Part shown: positions 11,719 through 22,603 of the stretch, in pieces
How positions within the stretch are numbered: the first letter of the stretch is position 1
How the letters are laid out: each line of letters opens with the position of its first letter
Virus record (IMG/VR): IMGVR_UViG_3300017763_000002
Coordinates: 140,907 to 204,906 of that record
Length of the DNA: 64,000 nt
Reading direction: 5' to 3' (one strand)
The notes under the pieces: generated by a model
The model's input: only the letters and a program-made list of their open reading frames with translations
The model's database searches: none
Told to the model about the DNA's origin: nothing
Program-made: the position numbers and the translations under genes

Positions 11719-11754
11719 TTAGATAAAATTATTAATTAAACATATTATATATAT

Positions 11755-11973
11755 GTGAATGATTTTGAATTAATTAATACTGAAGAAGAATATCTTGAAT
11801 ACGAATCTAGAGTGCGCAGGCGTGGCGGAGTACATAGTATAGAAGTATGCAACAAGCCAAAAGAGTTTCCGAGTATAGTATGCAACACTTTAGTAAGTGA
11901 CCTAAATGGAATTAGAGCAATATTAAAACATTTAAATAAACAACAAATCGAAGACTTTTTAAATAAATTATAA
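11755..11973 (+). CDS. Hypothetical protein
   Basis: 72 aa ORF filling the gap between convergent tail genes. Confidence 0.5.
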   Translation: MNDFELINTEEEYLEYESRVRRRGGVHSIEVCNKPKEFPSIVCNTLVSDLNGIRAILKHLNKQQIEDFLNKL

Positions 11974-13851
11974 TGCGCAGATTATAAAAGAATGAAGCTC
12001 TTCGTATCTTAACGAGTAAGCGTCGAAGGGTTCATAAGTAACTTCATCAGCAATACCAACAACCTTAGGCTTGGGAGGGGCTTGAAAAGTTTGGTTTGTG
12101 TTGGTTGTTTCTCCTATTTCTTGAGGATTAACTTCTTCAACTTCTTCGTATATTTTTTCAAGTTGATCGTATAATACTTCATCGTGTATTGCGCCTTTGG
12201 TTTTTTGGGTTACTCCTGTGTCTACTCCATTAACTATAATTTTATAATGAGTGTCCCTACAGAACAATCCATATCGTGAAGCGTCCAAACCTTCACTTGA
12301 AAATGCTTCTTCTACTTCTTGAGCAATCCATCCAATATGAATACGAGCTTCTTCTCCTTTTTTCTCTACAGAGCTTTTGAGTCTGTATTTTTTAACTAAA
12401 TCTTTTAATTTAAATGCAACTTTCTTTTCTGTTTCATCAATAGGAGCAATATCTTGCTTGACTTTTTCATCAGAAACTACTGTAACAGGGTTCTGCGAAA
12501 ATATATCTCTCCATTGAGAATCTGAATTCCCGAGGTCCATCTTATCTCCTTGAGGAACTAAAGCTCTTTTATTGTGGTTGCCGTCTGTGGTTGTTCCTAA
12601 TCCTTCTCCGTAAATGTATATTCCTGCAATGTTACCAACATTACTACCGAGTATCATGGTAGCTGTTGGGCCTCCTGGGGAAGCAGTAAACTTGGTAGGA
12701 TCTGTATGAGCCACATAATTTAAAGACAAACGTCCAACAGAAGCTTGTACTTGCATACTAGCTTGATGATCTGTTACGTGGCTACCTGGATAATCTGTGG
12801 TTGTTCCGTAGTTTGTTCCTTGGCCTGAGCCACCACTGGATTGTACTCCTACGTTTCTTTTAATTTCAGCTTCAGGATTAAATCCGTCGCAGTTTTGTTC
12901 GATCTGTACAGTAGTTCCTCCCGCACCGTTAACACCTATCGTGCCAGCAGAGCCTTCGTTTTTAACAAAAAATCTATGATAATTTGCATCCTCACGCATT
13001 CTAAAATTCCAACTTAATCCTTTATCTAAATACATGGCTCCGTTGCCATTTTCTAAAATTAATGAGTCGGTTACATCGCTTGTATCTAAGGGTCCAAAAA
13101 CAAATGCGCCACCCCAATTAAATTGCCCCCATCTTTCAGCGGTCCCAAAACCAAGACCTCCTCCATTATCATCAATACCATTAACTGGCTTATGAGGATA
13201 CAGAGCAAACAAAGAAGCGTAATCTGCATTATTCCAACCGACACTATCGATACCAAATTTTCCGTTACTAGTAACTATATTAAATGTTCTAAAATCTTTT
13301 TCAACTTCACGCAATGCTTGATTTGACGTTCCAGCTGCAGCTTGTGAGCTGCTAACAATAGATGCAGCGTCAAAAGATCCTGGGGTATTGGCGTCGAAAT
13401 CCCACTGCTGGAGGATACAAACACCTCCTTTTTGAGCAATTCCAGACAGACTGTTATCAGACTCAACGACTAACCCAGCCTGTGCGGAATTCTCACCCAA
13501 AATATGTATACCAACATCACTATCATCGCTTTTAGGATCAACTAAGATCATATAATTTGGCTTGCGATAGTTTGAGTCGGACGCCAAGAAAAAATCGCGC
13601 TGTGCATTAAGGCCTCCTGTTTTAAAATCTGCGAATCTAAACCCTGGTCCATTAGATATTGTGTCGTCTATAGGTCTTGACATTAAAATGTTTTTTGTGC
13701 TAGTTAAAACTCCATCATTATCTTGCATTAAACTTGTATACAAAAGATCTGATCTTTTTACTTTAAAATTAGCATTATCTTGTTCGATAGGAATCTCTGC
13801 GTTATTGCTTGGAGATGTTTTTGATGTAAGTTCTGATATTTTTTTGCCCAT
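11968..13851 (-). CDS. Tail spike/fibre protein with S74 chaperone domain
   Basis: N-terminal KKISEL fibre motif; SDEKVKQDI...HIGWIAQEV...LRYEEL of the endosialidase-type chaperone. Confidence 0.8.
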   Translation of the reverse strand: MGKKISELTSKTSPSNNAEIPIEQDNANFKVKRSDLLYTSLMQDNDGVLTSTKNILMSRPIDDTISNGPGFRFADFKTGGLNAQRDFFLASDSNYRKPNYMILVDPKSDDSDVGIHILGENSAQAGLVVESDNSLSGIAQKGGVCILQQWDFDANTPGSFDAASIVSSSQAAAGTSNQALREVEKDFRTFNIVTSNGKFGIDSVGWNNADYASLFALYPHKPVNGIDDNGGGLGFGTAERWGQFNWGGAFVFGPLDTSDVTDSLILENGNGAMYLDKGLSWNFRMREDANYHRFFVKNEGSAGTIGVNGAGGTTVQIEQNCDGFNPEAEIKRNVGVQSSGGSGQGTNYGTTTDYPGSHVTDHQASMQVQASVGRLSLNYVAHTDPTKFTASPGGPTATMILGSNVGNIAGIYIYGEGLGTTTDGNHNKRALVPQGDKMDLGNSDSQWRDIFSQNPVTVVSDEKVKQDIAPIDETEKKVAFKLKDLVKKYRLKSSVEKKGEEARIHIGWIAQEVEEAFSSEGLDASRYGLFCRDTHYKIIVNGVDTGVTQKTKGAIHDEVLYDQLEKIYEEVEEVNPQEIGETTNTNQTFQAPPKPKVVGIADEVTYEPFDAYSLRYEELHSFIICAL

Positions 13852-13896
13852 GTTATTTTTCCCTAATTAAATATACACTATAATCACACAATAATC

Positions 13897-16800
13897 TTAA
13901 AAAATTAATATTGAAGTGTTTTCTGGCTCTAATTGTATCTGGTAACAATTATTTTGATACCTTTGGTCGTTCTGAGTGATGTGAGAACTTAATATTCCTG
14001 CTTTTAAATCTCCCCAAGTTTTACCTACCCAATATCCTCCGTCACCGTCAGAGCTACTTCCAGTAAATCCATGAGGAGTTAGATACAAATTGTAAGCCTG
14101 CAAAACATCATTAGAACTTAGCACTCTACTGAGATCCCAAGCAGATGGAGGAATAACATATCTTCCGTCGGCTTCCATTGCATTTTTTAAATGTCCCCAA
14201 GCCTGACCTATCCAATATCCTCCGTCACCGTCAGAGCTACTTCCAGTAAATCCATGGGGCGACATATGCAAGTCGTAAGCCCTCATAACATCATCAGCAT
14301 TAAGTACCCTATTAAGATCCCATGAAGCTGTTGAATTTTCAAGTAAAATATCTGCGCAAATTATTTCTCCGCCAGAAACCTCTATTTGATCAGGAACTTC
14401 TATGCTACCATCAGCATCAGTTATTGTTCTAAAAGAAAGCACTGTTGTTACTTGGTCTGCAATTAATAAATCAGCTGTAGTTTCTGTTATTTCTGTATCA
14501 TTTGGCTGCGGTCCTACTGGTTCTGTTGGTTCGGTAGTTGCTGGTGCGCTAGGCCCTCCAACTGTTGTATTTGGGAAACTTCCAGGTCCAGATTTAAAAT
14601 AGTCTTCTCCACCTTCACTAGCAAATGTTCCAAAAGAATTCCAAAACCACATCGATTTTGATTGAGAGAAAACCCATCCGTCCCCAGAGTTTGAAGAAGT
14701 TAATCTACCAAACCAAAACCAATCTGAATAATTCTGTATGTAAAACCATTCTTGACCAACGCTTCCCCAAACCCATCCGTACCTTAAAGTATAAAACCAT
14801 CCGTAAGTTAAAGGGTCTTGATCTTGCATTACAATACACACTCCAAATACTGGATGCGTAAATATATGTGGGAAAACCATGCCCGTGTCTGTGCCTCCTT
14901 TAGATCCAGGAGTTCCATTTTGTTCTGTAGAAGATGTAGCAGGATCTGCGGTTGGGTCAGGTATAGTAAATGTATCTGATTCTATAGAAGTTCCTCCCCA
15001 AGCTAATTTCACAACTTGGCCAACAGCAGCAGAAGCTCCGGTATTTGCAGATGAAGTAATTAATCCAGACTGATATGCTCCAAAATTTTCCCACGCATCA
15101 AAACCTCCGCCAGCCCTTTGTCTGTATAATATTAAACCCCTTGAATCGGTTCCGTTGTGATTACCACTAAAAGATACGGTTGCTGTATTGTCTGAGTTCA
15201 TTTGAACGTTCAAAACTTGTAAAAATTCTTCTGTCGCTACTTGAATATCAATTGTAGATCCATCTGTTAAATCTATAGTTTCTCCTGTAGTAGTTACTAG
15301 ATCATTAGTAGCAATAACTTCTGAAGGTTCAAAAGTATCGTTTTTCTTGTTTATAGTTACAGGCATTTGCCCTGTCAAAGGAGGTTCGGTTAATGCAGGA
15401 GAGACTACGCACCCTGGGCCTCCATTATTGCCTGTTAAAATTTCAGTTACAGTGGTTTCTTGTTCGTTTGGTGGGTCACCAACAATAATTACGTCTCCAA
15501 CTTTTAGCCCATGGCCATCGTTCAATCCTGTAATTGTGGTTCCATCTCCATTAGGCGGAAGATTTACAGTGCAAACTCCGGGCTCAACTGGTTGTGTGTG
15601 GCCTCCGCCACCGCCACCGCCACCGCTTGTAATTCGATAAATATTTGGAGACATCAGCCAATACCAAGCGCTAGTTGTTCCAAAATATATCCACCCTATA
15701 CCTCCATGCCCATCTTCTCCAAGTTCCCCTACATACCACCAGCCGTTCCATCGAGTAGAATAAAACCAAGGGTAAGCGTCAAAATAAGTACCAAAATGAG
15801 TAGAGCTATACCATCCTTCAGGCAACGGCGGCTCCAAAACTTTTTCTGGAGGGCATATAATAATTAGCTCTTCGTCTTTTTCGACTGGCTCTGGTTCATC
15901 AGGCTTTTTGTTTTCAATTCCAGGGGGTTGTGCTGGAACTATTGATCCATCTGGCTTTGTAAGTAGAGTTGGATTGCCAGTAAATGTACATCCAATTGTG
16001 TCGTTGTCCCCTTCAGGAAACATGTTAACAACGACAGGAAAAGTTATATTCCAAGGGTCAAATGGAGACGGAAAAATAAACCACTTGCTATATCTAAAAA
16101 TATAAATAATTCTAGAAACACCGTTCCATAAAAACCATCCCCACAACCTACTGTATAGCAAAAACAATCTTCCACCGCCTCCGGTTTCTTCATTTTCTGG
16201 AACCGTCTTGCTTCCTTTGAATCCTCCTGGACAGCCCCATGGATTGTGAGGTGTTGTTTCATTTTCTGGATTATCATTTATTTCTTTTCCTCCTCCACCG
16301 TCGCCAGGAACCTTTTTGGATATAGTAACAGGCATTTCTCCTGTCAAAGGAGGCGAGGTTAGCGGAGGAGAAACTACGCATCCTGGCCCAGGAGCGCCAG
16401 TTAAAATTTCAGTGATGGTTCTTTCTTGTTGGTTCGGCGGGTCACCAACAAGCACCACGTCTCCCACTTTTAGTCCTGTGATATTAATGCCAGTAATAAG
16501 AGTTCCGTCTCCATTAGGCGGAAGATTTACAGTACAAACGCCAGGGTTAATAATTGATTCTTCGGAGACAAGTTTTTTGTTTATAGTGGCAGGCATAATT
16601 CCTGTCAAAGGAGGAACGGTAAAAGGTGGAGAAACTACACATCCTGGACCACCATTATTGCCTGTTAAAATTTGAGTAATAACTCTTTCTTGTTGGTTTG
16701 GCGGGTCGCCGACTATAATAATATCTCCAACTTCTAATCCATGGTCATCGTTCAATCCCGTAACAATACTTCCATCTCCGTTAGGCGGAAGATTAATTGT

Positions 16801-18228
16801 GCATACGCCAGGTTCAACCAGTTCTTTCTTACACACAATTGAAGTAGAAACAAATTCGTCTAGTTCCCCTGTTTTATCATCATCATCTGTACCCTGTTTG
16901 TTTATGTTGTCTTCTTCTTTTTCTGTTCCATCAGGTTTAAATGCTTTTCCGCCACCGATTGTGCACCATATACCATTAGGCAAAGGCCTAGAAAACCAAC
17001 ACGGCCCGTATGGACTCCCGTTTAAAGTTTCCAATAATCCAATAAAGACCCAGCAATTATATTTATTACTCCACAACCAGTTTGGGTGTCGAGTGGTTAC
17101 CCAAAACCAACCCCATAAACTACTGTAATACCATGAGCTGCCACTAGAAGTTGAAGTTACTTTTTTTACTGTTGTACCTCCACCTCCAGTCCCAGAAGTA
17201 AAAGGTTTTGATACTCTTACGCATGATCCTCCTAAAATTTCAGATATAACTCTGGTTTGAATTTCTGGGCTGAAATCATCTCCTACAATAATTGTATCTC
17301 CAACGCTTAAAGCAGAGGTGTCTAATCCACAAATTTTTGTTGCGTCGTCGTCTAAATCTATAGTTCCTTTTGGATTACCTACTGTAGTAGTGCCTTTCTT
17401 CTTGACTTTGATCCCAGTTCCGCCTCCATCTAGCGGAGGGCTTGTAAGCGGTGGGTCTACCTTTACTCCATCAGGCGGCAGAAGTTGTGTGATTTTTACT
17501 TCTAGTTCATTTGGCGGCTCACCGACAATTATAGTATCTCCGACTTCTAATTCTGAAGTATCAAGCCCAGTAATAACAGTACCGTCTCCACTGGGAGGAA
17601 GATTTATATTCCCGCCTCCTGTTTTCTTTTTGATTGTATACGGCGGATTAGTAGACAATGGTGGAATCGTTAAAGGAACACTTATTCTGCACCCTGGCCC
17701 TCCATTACTTGGGGCTAAAATTTCAGTTACAGTTCTTTCTTGTTGGTTTGGCGGGTCGCCAACAATAATTACATCTCCCACTTTTAAGTCATTTGTAATA
17801 ATTCCGGTGATAGTTTTTCCGTCTCCTTCTGGAGGAAAATTGCATTGACAAGTTCCAGGTTCTAAAGTTTTTGTGCCAGGAATTTCTACATCTAAAGGAG
17901 GATCTCCTGGAATTCCTCCTCCTGCCCCTCCACCAGTATCTATTATAAGACTAGAATCATTTCCTTGTCCATTCCCCGACTCTTCTCCTCCGCCGTCACC
18001 TACTCCAGAGTTGGGTTCAACGTGAAGATTAACAACATCATTTAAAGATCTTGGGTATACATCTTGTAAAGAGGACAGCATGGCAGCTCTATTCAGCGAA
18101 AACGATCCGCCCTCAAGATCTCCAGTCACCAATTGACCAATTGAATTTAATGCTGCATCATTATCTGGATCAACAAAATCTCGGAATGCTTGAATTTTAT
18201 TAAACAAGGCTATAAAGTTTTTGGACAT
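13897..18228 (-). CDS. Large Gly/Pro/Trp-rich repeat protein, probably virion-associated
   Basis: ~6 copies of PPxGDG..ITG...L.VGD.IIVG.PPN alternating with Trp/Tyr-rich modules; start MSKNF has GTGTA 9 nt upstream. Confidence 0.7.
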   Translation of the reverse strand: MSKNFIALFNKIQAFRDFVDPDNDAALNSIGQLVTGDLEGGSFSLNRAAMLSSLQDVYPRSLNDVVNLHVEPNSGVGDGGGEESGNGQGNDSSLIIDTGGGAGGGIPGDPPLDVEIPGTKTLEPGTCQCNFPPEGDGKTITGIITNDLKVGDVIIVGDPPNQQERTVTEILAPSNGGPGCRISVPLTIPPLSTNPPYTIKKKTGGGNINLPPSGDGTVITGLDTSELEVGDTIIVGEPPNELEVKITQLLPPDGVKVDPPLTSPPLDGGGTGIKVKKKGTTTVGNPKGTIDLDDDATKICGLDTSALSVGDTIIVGDDFSPEIQTRVISEILGGSCVRVSKPFTSGTGGGGTTVKKVTSTSSGSSWYYSSLWGWFWVTTRHPNWLWSNKYNCWVFIGLLETLNGSPYGPCWFSRPLPNGIWCTIGGGKAFKPDGTEKEEDNINKQGTDDDDKTGELDEFVSTSIVCKKELVEPGVCTINLPPNGDGSIVTGLNDDHGLEVGDIIIVGDPPNQQERVITQILTGNNGGPGCVVSPPFTVPPLTGIMPATINKKLVSEESIINPGVCTVNLPPNGDGTLITGINITGLKVGDVVLVGDPPNQQERTITEILTGAPGPGCVVSPPLTSPPLTGEMPVTISKKVPGDGGGGKEINDNPENETTPHNPWGCPGGFKGSKTVPENEETGGGGRLFLLYSRLWGWFLWNGVSRIIYIFRYSKWFIFPSPFDPWNITFPVVVNMFPEGDNDTIGCTFTGNPTLLTKPDGSIVPAQPPGIENKKPDEPEPVEKDEELIIICPPEKVLEPPLPEGWYSSTHFGTYFDAYPWFYSTRWNGWWYVGELGEDGHGGIGWIYFGTTSAWYWLMSPNIYRITSGGGGGGGGHTQPVEPGVCTVNLPPNGDGTTITGLNDGHGLKVGDVIIVGDPPNEQETTVTEILTGNNGGPGCVVSPALTEPPLTGQMPVTINKKNDTFEPSEVIATNDLVTTTGETIDLTDGSTIDIQVATEEFLQVLNVQMNSDNTATVSFSGNHNGTDSRGLILYRQRAGGGFDAWENFGAYQSGLITSSANTGASAAVGQVVKLAWGGTSIESDTFTIPDPTADPATSSTEQNGTPGSKGGTDTGMVFPHIFTHPVFGVCIVMQDQDPLTYGWFYTLRYGWVWGSVGQEWFYIQNYSDWFWFGRLTSSNSGDGWVFSQSKSMWFWNSFGTFASEGGEDYFKSGPGSFPNTTVGGPSAPATTEPTEPVGPQPNDTEITETTADLLIADQVTTVLSFRTITDADGSIEVPDQIEVSGGEIICADILLENSTASWDLNRVLNADDVMRAYDLHMSPHGFTGSSSDGDGGYWIGQAWGHLKNAMEADGRYVIPPSAWDLSRVLSSNDVLQAYNLYLTPHGFTGSSSDGDGGYWVGKTWGDLKAGILSSHITQNDQRYQNNCYQIQLEPENTSILIF
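14029..14256. repeat. Intragenic direct repeat, 183-nt period
   Basis: Identical 45-mer at 14029-14073 and 14212-14256 encoding HGFTGSSSDGDGGYW on the minus strand. Confidence 0.9.
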
Positions 18229-18285
18229 GGTATTATATACACAAATAAACAAATTTAAATTTTTTTTTATTTTAAAATGTTTTCA

Positions 18286-18290
18286 GTGTA
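18286..18290 (+). promoter_or_regulatory. GTGTA promoter-like motif (representative of ~14 copies)
   Basis: GTGTA 9 nt before ATG 18300; the same 9-10 nt geometry recurs at nine other starts (see findings). Confidence 0.65.
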
Positions 18291-18299
18291 TTATGTATT

Positions 18300-21200
18300 A
18301 TGCCAAACAAAACAATTCGTAATCTTAATACCGCTGATCAGTTAAATGGTGGTGACTTTTTGGTTATCGCGCAAACCGATGGTTCAACAAAAAAAATTCC
18401 TGTTTCTCGTTTTTCATCCGAGATGGGAGTTGTTACTGACAGTAACGGCAGAGCAGTAACTACCAATAGATTTAAAATTCCTGTTGGAATTGATAGCCAC
18501 GTAAAAGGACTTGATGGAGTTGAGCGTAGCGCAAGTAATAGTCATAGCGACAAAGCTTTTATGCTTGTTACTCCTCAGTCAGGAACAGATGAAGAATCCG
18601 TTAGACAAACTGATTTTTGTTATTTTTGTGCAGAAAGTCAGCCAGTAACTTGTTTAATTCTTAATAGACCTTTTGTGAACCTTGATGAAGCAATGGTTTG
18701 GGCTCGATATAATATTCCTGCTGGAGCAGATGTGCAATTTGAAATGTGGGGCAACACATGCGCTTTGCATTTAGCAGACAGTCTTGGACAGTTTAGTACT
18801 GGTATTACTTCAGCGATGAAATACAATTCTCTTATACTTGTTCCTAAAATGAGGTGGATTGGAGTTTATAATTCGAGCACTGGATTCTGGGATGTTAATC
18901 CATACATAGGTCGCAGATGGATTGCTGATTTTAATCGAGGTCCGATAACTGCTGGCTTTGGACTAACGAACCGTTCTGGCTATCATGGAATGGGAAGCAC
19001 GTCCGACCACGTAAACTATAGAACTCGTGGCGGAGACGGAGCAGGCATGCTTTTAAATAGCCTTGGAACTTCTAGAGGATTTAAAAACCATTTGACGGGC
19101 ATGACCAGAAATTCAAATTTTTGGGACTACGGAGGTATGGGCCACGTACCTATAGATGACCATGGAAACGCAGATGGAGATCTGGGGCAACCATTAAATG
19201 CTCAATTGATGCATATACCTGATGATATTAACATTCATGTTGGAGGCAGTGGCGCCGCATTAAGATTTTGGTTTAGATATATTCCTCAAGTATATATTAT
19301 TGGAATGAATTTTTGCGATTATGCTTTTGGAAATCGGATGGTTAATCAAAGATTTTTTAGAATATCTAATGGTATTTGTCACGTTTTGGGAGAGCCGAAC
19401 CCGAATTATGATGGAGGTCAATACATAATGGCCAACGAAAGAGGCCCTGGATTTTATACTAAACATGATTCGTCACATATTTTTGAAACAACAGAAAGCG
19501 GCATGGTTTATATCATGACAAATATTAGACAGTATACTGTTGGCTCAACAAGATCTGGATACAATCAGTTAGTTGCCAAAAGAGCAGAAATGGACGCCTT
19601 AGGATTAACTTTACAAGACGAAACTTACGGTGATGGTAGATGGGGCGGTCACGTTTTAGGGTCAACTGTTTACGATTATTGGCTGCCTGCAGTTCGCCAA
19701 GCAATTAGTATTGGTAAATGCGGAATCGGAGGTTCTGGAGCAAATACGCAGAGCTATGTTATTTTTGATCCTCTTGCTAGTGGATGGAGAAGGTTCATGG
19801 GCCAACTTTGTCTTGATAATGGAGATTTAAGCTATAGCAACGGAGAAAAAATGATAGGTTGGGCAAGAAGCAACGTTTTTGAAACTACAAATGGATATGG
19901 TGGAAACGGTCAGGTTCGTCCGGTAACGGATTTTCCAAATTCTGTAGACGGAATTAGGAACCATATGTTTAGAGGCGACGAACAATTAATTGCTTATGAT
20001 CCGCCCGACAATGATACTCTAGGATTTTTTGATCTTCCTGCGATTGATTGGGGAGAAACCCACGCAACAGATGGTAGGTTTTTGCCAGACGGAGGGCCTT
20101 TTGGATGGTTAATGGGAGACAATACGGCTACTGCGATGTCGCTGGAAGGAACTCCGGGAACTGGCCTGAGTGTTCCCCTTTATCGTAGCTGGGGTAATAC
20201 GACTACTCCATTCAATGCAGGTATATACAATTACCACCACGGGAAAGTTAAGCCAGACAATAATAGTTTCATTTGGAATATGGGCGGAGGAAGTCATCAT
20301 GCCCCGTGTTGCACTTGGCAGATCGCAAAAATTAATGACAATGGACATTTTGTTCAAACTACACCTGGAGTTAATACCGGCCCCGGACAAGGTTGGGCGT
20401 TAACAAACGACAATACTGCTTATTATAACAACAGTGGAGATAGAGTGTATAGTAACAGAGGATACAGACACTTTTATATTGGCCGTCAGAGTCAGTACAA
20501 TGATGATTATCCCAACAATCACACTCCAACAGATCCTGACAATTGGAAATATTTAAACGCAGGAGGAGGAACAGATTTCTTACAGGGGTATACAACAGGA
20601 GCTGCTTGCAGGCTTGGAGCTTCAATTTGGTTCAGTCCAGAAAGTGCTTTTAATTTTTCAACAGATAATGGATCAATTTACATGAATAAATTTTATAATG
20701 TAAATAATTACAATGGATATAACGCAGTTTATTCAAGTCCCTCACTTGGCAACATGCATGGCGCGCCGCTGCTCTCCGGATTCGGCGGGGACGCAGGAAT
20801 CATGAGTACTTCAATGAACTCTAACAAATCTTCTGTACTTTCTTGGTTTCACCCTAGTAAGTATGGTAGAGTTTTAACGCTTCCAACAAAAGCTGGGGGA
20901 ACGCATTCAGGAACTCTTGCGGATCATCCAGATGGATTTTTTGGTGCGCCAGGCGGACAAATCAGAAGCGGAGTTAATTTTCTTCCGATGATAGAGGCTT
21001 CTTTTGATAATATAACCGATGCCACCGCTGGAGCTGTTGATGATAATGCTTTTCCTGCGAAAAGTTGGGGCGGCTTTTGGTTTAATCCGCACGACATGTT
21101 TAAATATCATCCGGGTCAAGGATCTCATATCACTGAACAACATTTTATAGAAACTCCTAATGGAAGCTCTATTACAATTGGCGGCGGCCAAAAAGTAAGC

Positions 21201-21644
21201 AACTCTTCTTATCCTGGGTTATTAAAAGAAAGGGTAAATCTTGCGAAAGCTTTGGGCAACAATAGATTAATTTTTCATCCGCTTTCTAACGCTATGTATA
21301 TAAATTCAAACGGCAGCCCCTCAGAGGGCAGCTGGTGGTCTTCAAATACTACCGCCGGCAATTCGTATGGGCTTCCTGCAGACAGAGATGGGGTCGCCCC
21401 AGAAGTGCCTGGCGTAAACAGGATCGGAAGTCAGGCGGTCGGGACTAAACCATATAATATAGTTTTCAACCTTGAAGCGTACAGAGAAATTCAACATTGT
21501 CCTCCAAATTTTTCTGTCAGAAGCGACGGACATAGAAATAATCCTTATCACGGAACAGTTTATGTTAGAGATGTTTATGGTATTAACGGATCGCACCCAG
21601 CAGCAGGCGCACAACTTAATCAGTTTCCAGGAACAGCGCAGTAA
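18300..21644 (+). CDS. Putative tail-associated/receptor-binding protein
   Basis: 1114 aa, Gly/Asn/aromatic-rich; N-terminal KTIRNLNTADQLNGGDFLVI...TKKI fibre-type motif; followed by a tail assembly chaperone. Confidence 0.6.
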   Translation: MPNKTIRNLNTADQLNGGDFLVIAQTDGSTKKIPVSRFSSEMGVVTDSNGRAVTTNRFKIPVGIDSHVKGLDGVERSASNSHSDKAFMLVTPQSGTDEESVRQTDFCYFCAESQPVTCLILNRPFVNLDEAMVWARYNIPAGADVQFEMWGNTCALHLADSLGQFSTGITSAMKYNSLILVPKMRWIGVYNSSTGFWDVNPYIGRRWIADFNRGPITAGFGLTNRSGYHGMGSTSDHVNYRTRGGDGAGMLLNSLGTSRGFKNHLTGMTRNSNFWDYGGMGHVPIDDHGNADGDLGQPLNAQLMHIPDDINIHVGGSGAALRFWFRYIPQVYIIGMNFCDYAFGNRMVNQRFFRISNGICHVLGEPNPNYDGGQYIMANERGPGFYTKHDSSHIFETTESGMVYIMTNIRQYTVGSTRSGYNQLVAKRAEMDALGLTLQDETYGDGRWGGHVLGSTVYDYWLPAVRQAISIGKCGIGGSGANTQSYVIFDPLASGWRRFMGQLCLDNGDLSYSNGEKMIGWARSNVFETTNGYGGNGQVRPVTDFPNSVDGIRNHMFRGDEQLIAYDPPDNDTLGFFDLPAIDWGETHATDGRFLPDGGPFGWLMGDNTATAMSLEGTPGTGLSVPLYRSWGNTTTPFNAGIYNYHHGKVKPDNNSFIWNMGGGSHHAPCCTWQIAKINDNGHFVQTTPGVNTGPGQGWALTNDNTAYYNNSGDRVYSNRGYRHFYIGRQSQYNDDYPNNHTPTDPDNWKYLNAGGGTDFLQGYTTGAACRLGASIWFSPESAFNFSTDNGSIYMNKFYNVNNYNGYNAVYSSPSLGNMHGAPLLSGFGGDAGIMSTSMNSNKSSVLSWFHPSKYGRVLTLPTKAGGTHSGTLADHPDGFFGAPGGQIRSGVNFLPMIEASFDNITDATAGAVDDNAFPAKSWGGFWFNPHDMFKYHPGQGSHITEQHFIETPNGSSITIGGGQKVSNSSYPGLLKERVNLAKALGNNRLIFHPLSNAMYINSNGSPSEGSWWSSNTTAGNSYGLPADRDGVAPEVPGVNRIGSQAVGTKPYNIVFNLEAYREIQHCPPNFSVRSDGHRNNPYHGTVYVRDVYGINGSHPAAGAQLNQFPGTAQ

Positions 21645-21659
21645 ATTATTTTAAATATT

Positions 21660-22565
21660 ATGAGTGATGAACAATATAAATTAAGTGACGAAGAAGCCAC
21701 AAGGCTTTTAAAAATTGCGGGCAGCAATTCAGACTCTGCAGAAGGCTATATTAATAAGGCAGATATTAGACTTCATGAACGACTTACTGAATTAGATCGA
21801 TTAATTTATGCAGAAGATGAAGAAGATTTTTCTGACCAGCCAGAACGTGGAGATCCAGAGTGGGAAGAATGGAACGCTAGAAGATTAGAATCAATCAATA
21901 AAGCCGATCGTGAACTCAGAGAACGCAAATTAAGATCTCAAAGAAATGAACTTCTTAAGCATACAGATTGGTTTATACAACCAGATGTAGATCTTACAGA
22001 AGAAGATAAAACTTTAGTTAAAAACTGGCGCCAGGCACTAAGAGACGCGCCAGATTCATCTGCTTGGCCTAAAGAATTGCCTTTAGCTCCAGATGTAAAA
22101 GGAATTTATAATATTATATTAGAAGTATTTAATTTACAACCAGCAGAATCAGTTATCAAAGAACTAGAAATACCCGACGATGAAATTGTTAAAAAATTTA
22201 CCAAAGGAGGAGAACAATATGATCCTGATACGTTTGAAAAATGGAAAAAATCAAGCGAAGAAAAAACCGCTGCATTTTTAGAAGAAAATAAGCCAGAAGA
22301 AGTAAAATCAAAAACTTTTAAACCTTTATTTAATACAGAAATTGTAGAAGAAAAAGAAATAGACGGGGTTAAATGTTGTTTAAATAAAGATGGCGTTTGG
22401 GTCACTGCCGGGGAAATAGAGTCTTCAAAAAAATACGAAGAAAAATATAAAGCAGAACCTAAACCCAAACGGGCTAGAGATGAAGACGGAAAATTTATTC
22501 CTGACGATCCAGAGACTCCAGACCACAACGAAGCCTGGGAAGGCGGCAAAGCTCCCGAAAAATAA
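21660..22565 (+). CDS. Phage tail assembly chaperone domain protein
   Basis: LRSQRNELLKHTDW..PD.....WRQALRD.P motif; acidic C-terminal RARDEDGKFIPDDPETP..NEAW. Confidence 0.75.
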   Translation: MSDEQYKLSDEEATRLLKIAGSNSDSAEGYINKADIRLHERLTELDRLIYAEDEEDFSDQPERGDPEWEEWNARRLESINKADRELRERKLRSQRNELLKHTDWFIQPDVDLTEEDKTLVKNWRQALRDAPDSSAWPKELPLAPDVKGIYNIILEVFNLQPAESVIKELEIPDDEIVKKFTKGGEQYDPDTFEKWKKSSEEKTAAFLEENKPEEVKSKTFKPLFNTEIVEEKEIDGVKCCLNKDGVWVTAGEIESSKKYEEKYKAEPKPKRARDEDGKFIPDDPETPDHNEAWEGGKAPEK

Positions 22566-22568
22566 TGC

Positions 22569-22597
22569 TTGACAAATCTTTACTTATATAGTAAAGT
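22569..22597 (+). promoter_or_regulatory. sigma70-like promoter
   Basis: TTGACA-N17-TAAAGT, ATG 6 nt after the -10 box. Confidence 0.65.
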
Positions 22598-22603
22598 TAA
22601 AAT

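Noticed and set aside
14029-14256. DGR template/variable repeat pair
   Set aside because: Both copies are in frame within one gene, differences are not adenine-specific, and no reverse transcriptase is present in the window.
14402-17848. Multiple plus-strand ORFs opposite the repeat protein
   Set aside because: Antisense shadows of Gly/Pro/Thr-rich codons; the same applies to nested ORFs within the other tail genes and rIIA/rIIB.
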